A stretch of DNA of 64,000 nucleotides from Vicugna vicugna (lineage: Eukaryota), in contig MU058584.1 of NCBI GenBank assembly GCA_013265495.1, positions 2,794,508 to 2,858,507 on the forward strand. The letters are read 5' to 3'. Position numbers and translations under genes: made by a program. Below the pieces are notes generated by a model. The model was not told the origin of the DNA. It worked only from the letters and a program-made list of their open reading frames with translations, and searched no databases. Position 1 is the stretch's first letter. Each line of letters opens with the position of its first letter. Shown here piece after piece: positions 50,633 through 62,930 of this stretch.

Positions 50633-52412
50633 AGTGCCTCCAATTCAACCCCTCGTCTATGGCTAATCTTAGGTGAGGAGGGGCGCATTCTACACAAATG
50701 GTCAGGGCCCAGGGGGCGGGACTGTTGCAAAGAGCAGACCCCCAGAAGAAGCCACCAGTGAATTCTCCAGAGGTCAGTGTTGCTCCTGAGTGACGGCTAA
50801 GCTGCCTTGTGCTTTATTCCTCAAAGGCCAGGCTACTGTGTCTGCAACCACTGGGCAGTGCTGTGGCAGGATTAGGGCGCCTCACTCCCTCAGGGGATGC
50901 TGCCTTTGTTTCCTGCAGCAAGTCTGAGCCCCGGAGGCAGAAGCCATGAGAGGCTGCTCAGCCCCGCATGGACTCAGGAGTCAGACTGCCTAGGGTTCAA
51001 AGCCTTGGCTACGCTCTTTTCCAGCTATTGGACCTTAAAACAAGTTACTTCTTCCAGCAATGCCTCAGTTTCCTTGTCTATAAAAGGAGGGTGATAATGA
51101 TGGTCATAGAACCGACTCAGAGGGTTGTTATAAAGATTAAATAAGACAATACTGTGAAGTGCTTACAATGGTAGCTGGCACTTAGCGAGTGCCACAGCAT
51201 GCTTGTTAAATGAAACGAGAGAAGTCCCCTTGCCCTGATCTCTTCTCACCCTGCAGATTACTGCACAATTGGATGGGGGGATTACAGGCTTTGTTTTGCC
51301 ATCTTCTTAGAGGCAGCAACTGTCTCATCCAGGCAAACAAATCTCTTCCTGGGCAGCTGGCAGAGCCAGGACGTGGCAGAGAAGGAGAAGAGAAGGGTTC
51401 TCAACTCATCACATGGCGGGGTCCACAGCTGGGAGAGTGGGCACCTTGGTGGGGCCACTGCAACCCAGCTCATCACCATTCTGTGGCCAACTGGACCAGG
51501 GTCTTGTTCACTGATGGGAGGATGGTCTGACGTCTGGTAAGCACAGCCCAGACACAAGACCCAGGTGTTATTTCCCAAGGGTGACATTGCTTCCCTAGAG
51601 AGTCTCACAAATCACAGGAGTCCTCTGTGGTTCCATTTGCTAATATATAAAAGGGCAGGGGTTATACACGACATCATTTAATATGTGCAGTGCAACTTGC
51701 CGCAGTGGGGCAGAGGCACTTAGAGGCTGCAGGTGACTCTGCTCCAATCCTCAGGTTTCCTCCTGCCTCCCTCCCTGATGCAAGTTCTCAGACCGACCTC
51801 CCTGCAGATGAGGGCTCCATCCTTTGCTCAGGGTTTCCACCTCTTTACGGGCGCATGCAAACAAAAATGGAAAACATCAGCAGAACTACACAAAATACTT
51901 GATCCCCCTCAGGAACGGGGAGGAAAGTAGTACCATTAGAGGCAGACGTTTCAACAACCTAGATGATCTGTCCCCTCTCTGCTCTTCGTGTTGTATCAGC
52001 CTGCCTCTTCCATGGCCGAGCCACTGTGTTTCCTTTTATCCAAAACCTAATTACACTAAATACCAGAGCTCCCACAATTATGGAAATCTAAACCAGCAAC
52101 GTGTGTGGGTCTTTACGGATTTAATTTTATTTCCCCAGATTCCTAATTCATTATTCTACAGTAAGGTTTGATTTTTAAATTAATTTGCATGTTAGTACTC
52201 GGGCAAATGGAAAGGATGAAAATATTAAGTACCAAATTATACGGACGACACTTTATAGATGCCTTTTTCAAGCACTGGCGCATTTAACTCTTACAACAAG
52301 GGTCTGAGGATGGGATTTTAAACTTCATTTTAGAGGTGAGGCTCAGAGAGATACAATATCTTGCCTAAGGTCACACAGCTAGTAAATGAAGACCTAGAAG
52401 CCAAACTCAGTT

Positions 52413-52520
52413 CTATCTATCTATCTATCCATCCATCTGCCTATCTATCTATCTATCTACCTACCTACCTGTCTCTCTATCTACCTACCTACATACCTAT
52501 CTCTCTGTCTCTCTCTTTCA
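52413..52520. repeat. (TCTA)n/(CCTA)n tetranucleotide microsatellite
   Basis: Direct reading. Confidence 0.9.
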
Positions 52521-54494
52521 CGCTCTTTCGCCATATCAAACTGAAGGAACAATATTATAAGTTTGATTCAGGGGCTTTTTCTAGAAAGGCTCTCCTACTC
52601 CGCTCCACATAACCTTGGACTAGTCCTGTCTTCCTTGAGGCCTCAGTTTATATATCTGTAAAATGAGAGGGCTAAGATGCCCAAGATTCCAGCAGGCAGC
52701 CCCCAATGAATTTTGGTATAGACCTTCTTTCTCCACTTTATCTTAGCTCTCTCTCTACATCTTTCCACCTTCAACTCTTTTATTCACTCCAACTGCCACA
52801 GAGGGTCTCTTTGGCCGTCATAGGGACATGACCTCACAGTCCTTGGGGGTCCCAAGAATCTCATGGATAAGCATGGTCTTAGACAACTGAACTCAGAGAG
52901 AAAAGGAAAAAGTTCTTCTCAGCCATAAATGGGACCAAGATGGTAGCTGAAAAGGCTTTTTACTCCCAGGATCCTACTGTCAACTGAAGATCAGATGTCC
53001 AGGGCACAGCCTTGGCCACCACTCTCACTGGCTCATGTCATAAGGCTGACCCGAATAACTTCAACACCACCTCCTCCAGGACGTGTGTCCACAGACCCTC
53101 ACCCCCTGTGTCGAAAGGGCAATCTCCTCCTGCAACTGACAGGGCATGAACCATGCAGTATTACAATGTATCTGTATAACAAGCTTGCCCAGTCCAAGTG
53201 GAAGAGACGGTGTCTCACTCACATCTGTATTCCCAGTGCCTAGCCCCATGCTTGGCCCATATAAACTACCCAGTACACCTCAAATGAATGAGCAAACCCC
53301 CTAGCTTAATGCCTCTGGGGCAGGAACCCCATCCACTTGCAACGTCCCACCATGCCTCACAGAGGGTCCTGCCCAGCAAAGTAGACAAGCTTTGCTTCCA
53401 AGCCTTCAGATGAATCGCCTATCTGTCCGCACAGGAGGTGGGGAGAGCAGGGACTTTTCAGTTCTCAAGACCTGACAAGAATCTGTGCTTTGTCGGGCCT
53501 GCCAGCATCTGCAGGGCAAAAGCTCTCCCCTTTGGCTCCCAAGAACGCAAACTACATGCCACCAGCTGACAAGTGAGAGGCCAGTTGGTCAGCTGCTGGT
53601 TCCATTTACCCAAAGCTGGGCGACTGTGTTTCTTCTGTTACTGAGTCGAAGGAGCTTTGGGACCAATGTGCGTGGGTGTCAAAGCAGCCCCTGTGAAGTG
53701 CGACCTGGCTGCCCTGCCTGGCTGGGCGGCTTGGAGTTCCAACCAGCCTGTTTTCTCTTATGAGAGCCAAGACCCCCACCCCCTACCCCCAGATCCTGAC
53801 CCTCAGATTGCAAGTGATGGCAGTGACCCTCCTCAACGAGGAGCTGGGGGCAGCAGCAGGGGAGGGGACAAGAGGCTATTAGCAAATCAAAAGGGAGAAA
53901 ACTGAGGAAGGAAAACAGGGTGGCAAATTAAAGTGCAATTTTTTTGTTGTTGTTAAAAATCCAATTATAGGGAAATCTGTATTTAAATAAAACCATCAGG
54001 CCCTTGCTATGAAGTATCCCAGGGACCCTTAGTATAGGCAAAACCTTTTAAATCACGTTTTGCTTCTCCTGACAAGTTGGATAATCGGTACATCACAGAG
54101 ATTCCCCCTTGCCCCATACACTTTTCACCCCGACGCAGACACACTGGGTTATAACAATGCTCTCGGTCTATCTTTGTCTCAGACATACTCCCCAGCGTGT
54201 TGGTTCAGGCTCTCCTTGGAATAGCCCCGCATCTTCCCATCTGTTCACTCATCCTGATGTACAGACATATCCTCACCTACGGACCGTTCTCTCCGCGGCT
54301 CGCTCTCCCTCCCTCCCCCGGTGCCTCTCTCCCGCTCCCGTGCACGCACACACATTCACGCGGAAACACACCGCATCTGCGTGTAAACATGTGTGCCCCC
54401 TTCGAACTCAGCCCCGTCCGGAGCAGCGGTATCTCCCCATCTCCGCTCCGTCTCTCCAGACGGCGCACGCCGTGAAGCCCCGCGAAATACTCAC

Positions 54495-54543
54495 CGCCGA
54501 AGCCGGTGGGAAACTTCATGAAGTGAGAATAATTTCCATACAT
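54495..54543 (-). CDS. RXRG: RXRG coding exon 1 (49 nt; MYGNYSHFMKFPTGFG + first base of Gly17)
   Basis: ATG at 54543 in AACATGT context; translation matches the RXR-gamma1 N-terminus; donor G|GTGAGT at 54494-54489; phase 1 fits exon 2. Confidence 0.97.
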
Positions 54544-54880
54544 GTTGCTGCCTCAGTTCATAGCCCTCCCTCCCGCGTCTTCTCGAGAGCTCGGCCTCTC
54601 CCGGCCCCCCGAGCGCCGCCGGGCTTCCTTCAACTTGGGCTAACAAGAGTGGTCATCGCTTCCTAGCAGCCCGGGCAGCTCGGGCTGGGCCAGCCCTCTG
54701 GGATTAGTCAGGAATCTGCCTCTAGATCGGAGCGTCCACATCGTGCGTTGAGCCGGCAGCAGCTGGTGCCTGTCAGTAATCACGCATAATGCCGCCGCCG
54801 CCGCCGCCGCTCCTGCCACCGCCGGCGCTGCCGCCCGAGATCCTGTTGCTACTTTGATTAACTCGGGGCTGGGCTGCTGC
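54544..54880 (-). other. RXRG: RXRG gamma1 5' leader (TSS not determinable from sequence), containing a GCG repeat and four uATGs
   Basis: GC-rich sequence contiguous with the start codon, lying between the promoter motifs (54950-54982) and the ATG. Confidence 0.55.
54791..54810. repeat. (GCC)6 trinucleotide repeat (GCG/CGG on the sense strand) in the RXRG 5' leader
   Basis: gccgccgccgccgccgccgc read directly. Confidence 0.95.
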
Positions 54881-55529
54881 GTGCGACTCTTCCAGCTCCC
54901 GCTGGTCCCCAGAGGTCCCTACCGGTGGCGCGATCTATTATCTGGGAAGCCAATCGATGGGTGACCGCCCCAGAGTAGGTCAGGAGGGGGGGGAAGGAGG
55001 GGTGGCGGGGAGGGGGAGACTCAGAAGGTGCCTTTTCCTTGGCTTGCACCCCCCAAAATCAGTGGGGTTTTGTTCCAATGCGTTTTCTCACTGCGGCTTC
55101 TATCTATCCAATGCGCTGGGTGTTTGATCTGGGAAAGGGGTTGGGGGTGGGGGCCGAGAGAGAACAGAGCCCTTTCAGAAGCACGAGGCTGGCAGAGTGT
55201 GAGACTCCAACCCCAGCTTTGGAAAACTAAACTACAGTGGCCCTTAGCCCTGGGGTGGGCCCCTCCTGCTCTGGTGGCTGGAGGCCTTCGTCTGTGGTCT
55301 GACAGCAGAAGCGTGAGGGCAGTTAGGAGTCAGAGCTCGCTCACACGGAAAACGTACAGGTAGGGGAGACAGGCCTGATGACCATTCTGTGCTGTTTCGC
55401 TGGAGGAATGCATTCACCCTATATACTGCTGTCACCCTGCCACCTGTACAAAAAGCACCATTGAGTCCTCGGATCAAAAAATCTAGGTATCTCTGTGATG
55501 CTGGGTCTGCTATACTGCTTTCCTGACAA

Positions 55530-55920
55530 GCTACTGCTCAGCCTATACTTGAACACCTCCCATAATAGGGAGCTCACTACCATTCTGTTCCATTTCTGGA
55601 CAGCTCTTACCATGAGAAAGTTTTCTACTGAGCTGAAATCTGCCTCCTCTCTACCACTTCTCCGTACAGGTTCTAGGCTACTCCCTAGATGCACACAGGA
55701 GAGGCCTGTGGGGTCTTTCACAGTGGGATCTTCTGCAAATTCAGAGATAAATCTTCCAAGCCCATGTCTATCTTCCCTAGATACTCTTGCTTCCTTTATT
55801 TCATGGATCACTAAGTGTTCAAGTCTATTCACCATTCTATGAATGTACTTCAGTTTACAGAGATACCCTCATGGTAGGGAAGGGGCCTGGCCAGACTTGG
55901 ATACAATACTCCTGATATGG
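55530..55920 (-). mobile_element. L3/CR1 LINE relic
   Basis: cttgaacacctcc...agggagctcactacc...ttccatttctggacagctct...agaaagttt...aaatctgcctcc is a characteristic CR1/L3 segment. Confidence 0.6.
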
Positions 55921-58900
55921 TCCAAATCTTCACCTTATGGTGTATGTATTGGCAGAGCAATACGGGTGCCATCAGCAAACCCACCAGGAGTCAGAGTCAT
56001 GAGCTGAGCTCTGAGGGGCTGAAACAAGGCTGAGAAGTTTCCTCTGGATGCAGCATGGCCCCTAGACAGCCAGAGAGGCAGTCAATTAATAGGAGGCTCC
56101 ACAGGGAAATAATTGATTCACATGGTAGGAGAACCCAGGACAAAAACTAAGACTAAAGGGCCAGAGGCAGGAACAAAGTCAGGATGACAAGGGAAGAGGG
56201 GGCCAAATTGGAGATCAAAACAGAATAAAAGCAGGTCAGGAAGGAGGAAGGATCAGGCCATCATGTGGAGAGTCTTTGAGCCTGGAGCCCCCTTGGCTGG
56301 TCACTGGTCTCAGAGCATCAGTTGAGAACCAATGTGGACATGACCAGTGCAGAATACACACGGAATACCATTTGCTTATTTGCATTAGCTTCTGGGCAGC
56401 CCCACATGCTAACTCATGTTGGACTAACTTAATAAACCCCACCCCACCCACCCCAAGTTGCATTCTCTTTTATACACATTCTTCATCCTATTTTGGGGCA
56501 ATTGGGTGGGGAATCAACATGCAATATCTTCCTATATTCCTCTGAAATGAAAACGTTTAGATTCATTCATCATCGCAGATCTTTTGAGACTCTGCATCTT
56601 TTGTCCAGTGTTATTTTTTTATCCCTCTCCCCATATCATGACTTCTGGGGAGCTGATGAACTGCTTTCCATATTTTATCCAACTCATGGGTAAAAATGTT
56701 GAAAAGGACCTAGCAAGGACAATGTCTTACAGCATACCACCAAGAAGTCCATTCATTAGTGCCACTGCCATTGCTCTGCCTCTTGCTAGTTTTATGGCCT
56801 GGAGAGGCTGTATCTAAAGAGGAGGCATTAACTCAGAAGCCAGCCTTGCTGGTACAAATCTCAGGTCCATTGCTTATAACCTCACGATATTGGTGGGTTA
56901 CTGAATCTCCCTGAGCCTCTGTTACCACCTACGTTTGTTGTGAGGATTCAATGAGCCAACACATGTTAATCACTTAGAATGTACCAGATACATTGTAAAT
57001 GTTCCATATATGTAAGCTGTTTTGATGATGATGAAGATGATATAACTTAAAGCAAGTCACTTTACCTCGTGTTCCCTTTTTCTCATTTGTACAATGATGA
57101 GCAGGGTTAGATGAGTTCTAAAATCCCCTTCAACTGTCAAATTCAATGCAAAGTAATCCACCACCCATCCCATAATTGTCCATTTTCTCCAGAGAAGTAT
57201 CTGAAGCAAGGGTCTCACTGAAGTACAAGCTAAATTTTCTATGGTACACCTGTCAGTGAAGAAAATGAGTTGTTCCAACTCAATTGGCTTTTTGGTGAGC
57301 CGGCGCCAGCAAGAGTTCTTCCAAGCACTACAAGAACCGTCCTTTAAAAAGCACTCTGTAGCACTTTGTCCAAGGTCGATGTCAAGATAATCTGTTGCTG
57401 GTTTGTGGGAGACTCAATTTCTTCCCCTTGTGCTAAGTTAGCTACACTGTCTACTTCCTTTCCTCATAGAATAAAAACCAAATTCCTTAGCCTGGCATGG
57501 AAAGTCCTCACTATCCTGTCCCATCCTACCTTTTGAGTTCTTAGAGGAAAGTATCCTGGGACAGTATTGTGAGCCCCCCACCCCCACACCATCCAGCTGT
57601 GTGGCCTTGAGCAAGCTCACTTACTCTGGGGGTAACAGCCACATCGCCGACAACACTGAGGTTCCTGAGTTTGGTATTTGTTTTGTGGATCAAATGTGAT
57701 GAGAGCGGTGCATGTGTTTTAGTTTGGTTTGGTTTGGAGGTTTTATTTGTTTCACACTGTATAGTTCTATACAAATACAAGGAAGTAATACGCTCTTGTT
57801 TTTCTTTCTTCCCTTTCTCTGATGGTTCCTCCTGCTCTGACCGTGTTGCTAACTGTGGGAGCACGCTGCGTTCACTCCAACTTCTGGTTCATTGTTCACG
57901 CCTGTTTACTTCTCCCAATGGTTTCCCCACGTAAATTTTCCCCACGTAAATGCTAGAACACACAATAGGTGCTCAATAAATATTTTTGCATTTAAAAAAA
58001 AATGCTTGATACGCTTAGACTCAAAACATCCCAGCCTGCTGTCCTTGTGTGATACCTTCCATCTGGCTTAACATTCCATAACAAGCCATAAACTTTGCCT
58101 AAAGTACAAGAAATATGAACGTGGCTTTTCTTTCTAATCCACATTTTTTTTTTGCTTGGCACCACTGTGCCTTGTTTAAGACTATTGTTGGTATCACAGC
58201 CTTATCCTAACCTAAGCCCTTCCCAGACAGTCTTGTGTCTCTGTCACTCCAGTGTCTCCAGCTGGTCCTGAATTTTCATTAGGATGTCAAATTAAAAACC
58301 AAATGCTCTATGTCCATGGTGGGAATCAGCTAACTCATTCATGAGAATTCTGAGCTTACTTCATGTCAAGGCTAATTATTTACTTCTCTTAAATGATACA
58401 TTCTGCTTTTATGAAAGCCATTAGTGCCTCTGAGTAAATGAAAAGGGCGTGTGTTTTCAGTAATAAGTTCAACACAGACTCAGCATAATATCTTATATTC
58501 ATCGTGGTAACGAAAGGATATGGCTTTATCACTGATCTTAATTCTTTTTTTGGGTTTTGTTTTTGACCAATTGTGATAGAAAACGTGATTTTGCAGCAAA
58601 CACAAATGAAAAACCAAAGTCACTTACTTCATAATTGCCAGCAGACATTAGATATGAAATGTAGGTGGAAATATCTCCCCACTGATGCTATGAATTAATA
58701 TTATTATATTTGTGTGGTACTTTACTAACTTGAGAATATATTAAGTTTCAAGTGTTTTCCCCAATATTGAAGAGAAGTTCGGCAGGCTGTATTATCTCAG
58801 TTTTATAAATGAGGACTTTGAGACCAAGACTGTGACAGCAGAAAGGGGAAAATAGCTACACTCACAAATTGGATTTTGAATGTGGTCTCACAATTAGGCA

Positions 58901-59049
58901 GTGACAGAAATGAGTATAAGAACCAGGCCCCCAGCTCTGACTCTTAGCCAATGTGTCTTGCACCGGACCATGACCCTCCTATTATTAATATGTTTCTATT
59001 TTATGTGTGTGTGGACAGGGTAGGGTATTGTGTTTTTTCCTCTTTGCTG

Positions 59050-59480
59050 TCATTCATTCATTCACTTATCATTCAGCCAACACTTATTGAGACCTCAGTC
59101 GCCAAGGATACCCTAAGGGACAAAACAGATAAAGTCCCTGACCTCATGGAGCTTATGCAGTCTGATGGGAGAGATGGATGTCAAACAGATAGTCATAAAC
59201 ATAAAGATGTCATTATAACCCGTGATAAGTACAAGGAAGAAAAAAATAATTGGATGAGATGAGAGACTATAGCAGGGGAATCTAATCTCAATTGAAAGGT
59301 CAGTGCAGGCTTCTTTGGGAAAATGACAATTACACTCAGATCTAAAGGATGAGTAGGATTCAGCTGAGGGGAGAAAAGAGAAGTTGCGGGGAGGGTGTAT
59401 GAGGCAGAGGGAAGACAGGGGCTAAGAGCCCTGTGGAGGGAGTAAGCTTTGTGCATCCAACAAGCTGAGGAATGAAAATG
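59050..59480 (+). mobile_element. L2 3' fragment
   Basis: cattcattcac...cacttattgag...aagtccctgacctcatggagctta...gatctaaaggatgagtagga. Confidence 0.65.
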
Positions 59481-60460
59481 TTCAGGCCTCTCTTCCCCTT
59501 TAGATGGCCTGGCCTTCAAGAGATCCATGGTTCCATTGTCTCACCCATGATTCGATGTTCACCTTGCTGTGTCAACTGTGTGCTACTGCAAAGCCTCCTT
59601 TCCTGGCTTTGTCTCTCCTTCACACGCTGGTCAAATTCAGATGACTTGCCATTTTCCCATGGCACCACCCCAGAAATCCATCTTCGTACTGCTCAGAATA
59701 GCCTTCCCCTCTTTCTGCTCTCTGTCCAAATACTGCCCATTCCCCCAGGCCATTCTCATGGGGCCTTTTAGTTGGCTCTCTGGTTGAATGACTCTCTCTC
59801 CTAGACTCCTGTTGTCTGTGGTTGGGACCACTCTCGTGTCAATCAACATTAAGTCCTTGTGCTATTATCATCACGAATGCAACTGAAAACCTGTCTTACT
59901 AGACACCAAAGCTTAAATCACTGTCAGCTTGGTCTGAGTCATTTTTTTAGCCCCAACAGTCTTTATAACAGAATCTAACACATAATAGGAATCTAGTAAA
60001 TGCGTGATCAGTGAATGAATAAGTTCGTTGATTATGCTGAGATCTCCTGATGTCAACTCTAGGACACACTGGACAAGAGGAGGTGACTGTTCCTAGGTCC
60101 CAACCGTTTTTAGACCCAAATATCATTTTCATGAGCTCCTTTTCCAGGAATCACAGACTCATATGAGGACAGTGTCCATATCAGCATTAGTACAGTACAT
60201 CAGTCTTAGTGACTGAGATCCTCTGAGGACAGAAATGAGATACCTAATTCAGAAAGAGTGCTGATTAGCTTTATATTCGAACTGTCTCAGCTATCATCAA
60301 ACACTGAGCCATTTCCATACGGCCTGAAATGTGTCCAAAAGCACTCGCTATATCTACAACGTGTCACCCATGGCTTAGCAACTAGTCACGTGTGTGTCAT
60401 CGCTAGTTACTCCAGTCACTGGTAAAACCAGCTGACTGAATTAAGTTTGCCTTAACGGAG

Positions 60461-60635
60461 CAGTTCCCAAACTTGCCTGTGCATGAGAATCACCCAGGAA
60501 GCTTAAAAAATTACAGATACCTGGGTCTACCTCTCCAGAGATAATTCAGTTGCTCTGGGGCTGCGGTCTGTGTTTGGGGGTTGTTTAAAGAATCCCAGGT
60601 GATGCTAACTTGCCGGTGACTCTGGAAACTACAGG
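60461..60635. mobile_element. MER5A-like hAT relic
   Basis: cagttcccaaacttgcctgtgcatgagaatcacc...cagatacctggg...cccaggtgatgct. Confidence 0.65.
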
Positions 60636-62746
60636 CTTAAGGAAAGAGAACCTTCCGTCGACAAGAGGCCAGGAAGGAGCCATCAGCAGAAAATGAGAAG
60701 CCGCTTCCAAGGATAATTCCAAGAAACCAGTAAGATCCCCTTTGCCCATCTGCTAGTAGACACAATTGGGGCTTACGAACTCAAGGAGCTCTTACTTAGC
60801 AAGAGATGTGGTGGCTGTGGCCATCTGCTGTGTAGACTTGCATATACTGACTTGAGGTTTGCTGGCAGTGTGTTCTCAGCTTGACATGCTCACACGCCAC
60901 CCCCTCTGCTGTCACAATCTTACTCATTAAAGGCACTATCTAAAGGCCGTTCCCTCTGTCAATCTTCCCTCACAAATAGTACTTCCCCTGCACTCCCAAA
61001 AAAACTTGCTTAAATATTTATTACAGCGCTAGTTTAATTTCCCTTTGTATCATCACTAGCTGTTAAACTGGAATCTTCTTCCCAAGGGTAAGGAAAACCT
61101 CTTCTTCACCTTTACATTATCAAAGAATCCAGCATTTTTCTCGAAACACAGTATGTGTTCGATACATACTCATTGAATGGAGGCTGAGATCACAACTATG
61201 AACAGAACAGGCTTTGTCCCTGCTCTCACGGAGTTTAAGGGTAACTTACAATTACCCTTAATTCCAAACTAAATAACATTGTCATAAAAATTTCAAGGTA
61301 GAAGGAACAGTTACAGAGATGCCTCCATCTCTTGGTTCCCAGTCAAGTGATGATCATAAAATCCTTCTCCGTCATAAACAACTCAACCACAGCTGCAAAG
61401 CACATGGGAGCTCTCAGGATACAGAACAACTGTGATCACGCTGAGAGAAGAACAGGGCTGAGACCAGAGGGAAACATCTGGTCCCTTCCAGAGAGAGGCC
61501 AGCCATGCAAATAGGGGACACTCTAATCCAGACTGGGTCCGGTTCCAAGGAGTCCCAGCCAAGGAGGTAGATGTCAGCCCTGGACTTCAGAAAGGCCTGT
61601 TCAAGTCCCTGCAAGGGAGGGAAACACTCCAGGAGAGTCCACCCCCAGGAGCAGAACACTGTCACTCGGATTCGTTAGAGCCGACCCGTATTGAGCTGGC
61701 AGCCGCCTACATGCACTCAGGTGTAGATCTGAAGGCTGCAACCCAATCGCACGCAGGCCAAGCAATCTATTTTCAGATCCCACTCACTCTTGGGGAAGAG
61801 GCTCTAAATATACCGTCCAGTGACTGCTGGAGGCCGACTATCATTGCTGGCAGCTGAGCAGGGCGGGGCAGACAGGGACGTCAGGAAACTCACCATTAAC
61901 CTCAGCCCAGCCCCAAGGCCCTACCACTTGTAGAGCTATATTTACATAAGGGCAAGTGTCTGTTATATTTGACTGGGTTTTCACTTAACAGCCCCTGGGC
62001 ATCGGCTTTGCATGGCAGTAAAAACCACTGTTCTGTCCCCTCCAAAGATCCACTTAGCAAAGCGTGTAGATGCAGCAAAGGAGGATTTAGGTGAAACTGA
62101 CCTCGTTCTGTTCTCAGCATTTAGATCCTAGGAAGGTCTTGCACTGACACAAGTAATAGTAATGAAATCCCCCATGTGTACGACACCTGAGAGTCTACAA
62201 CATGCTTTTGTAGCTTATTTATAAACAGGTACAAAATATTGTTAAAAACAAGATCCAAGAGGGCTGCAGTCAGAAAGAATGCTGGATGTTAGACTTAAGA
62301 ATTTATATTGCTGTAATGATTTTTCTCTATAATGGGGGAGTCCTTTTGAGTTAGTGCTCAGCTGAGACATGGTCCTCTTACTGCCAAAAGCCAAACATTG
62401 TATAAACTCCTCTATTTCCAGGCAGCTGATCCCAAAAGGCCAGAAGGAGTTTAGTTTGAGAAGGAATTGCGTGAGAGCTGCATTAACCACCAGCATTCAG
62501 GTAACTCTGTCCAGTAGCAAAACTGCATAGAAATCACTAAAGACAGAGAAATCGTTGATTGGGGGCGAGGCGGGGGAGGGGGCTGCAGTGCTGCACAAGG
62601 AAGGTCTTAAAAGTCAGAATGTTTAGCAATATCAGACAGCATTTGAGAAATCGCTGTATTTAGTGAATCTGTTCGCCTTAGACAGGATAGAACCAGTTTC
62701 GCTAGTATGAAGAGAGAAAAGGCCAGGGTCTGGGACACTCCCTCTG

Positions 62747-62930
62747 CAGTGGGGTTGCTCAAAGGGCCGAGGCACAATCGGCATCAGACTCACATTGGGG
62801 GCCTGTTACACACAGAGGTTTCTGGGCCCTGCCTGGACCCTCTGAATCAGAATCTTTGAGGCCTGGACATGCCACTTTAACAAGGTCCACAGGCGATTCC
62901 TATGAGCCTTGAGATTTAAGAATCACAGCC
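62747..62930. mobile_element. MER5-like hAT relic
   Basis: ggcatcagactcac...ctgggccc...ctgaatcagaatct...tttaacaag...gatttaagaatcac. Confidence 0.6.

Larger units (their letters stand above)
54270..55020. promoter_or_regulatory. RXRG: CpG island and RXRG gamma1 promoter (CCAAT 54950-54954, GC box 54964-54971, AGGTCA half-site 54977-54982, G-tracts 54983-55017)
   Basis: Dense CpG relative to the rest of the window, spanning exon 1; motifs read directly. Confidence 0.8.

Noticed and set aside
61860..61900. GC box, CRE-like site and a strong minus-strand donor (ATG|GTGAGT, 61894/61893) as a distal RXRG first exon
   Set aside because: No identifiable acceptor partner or promoter context upstream on that strand; isolated donors are frequent by chance
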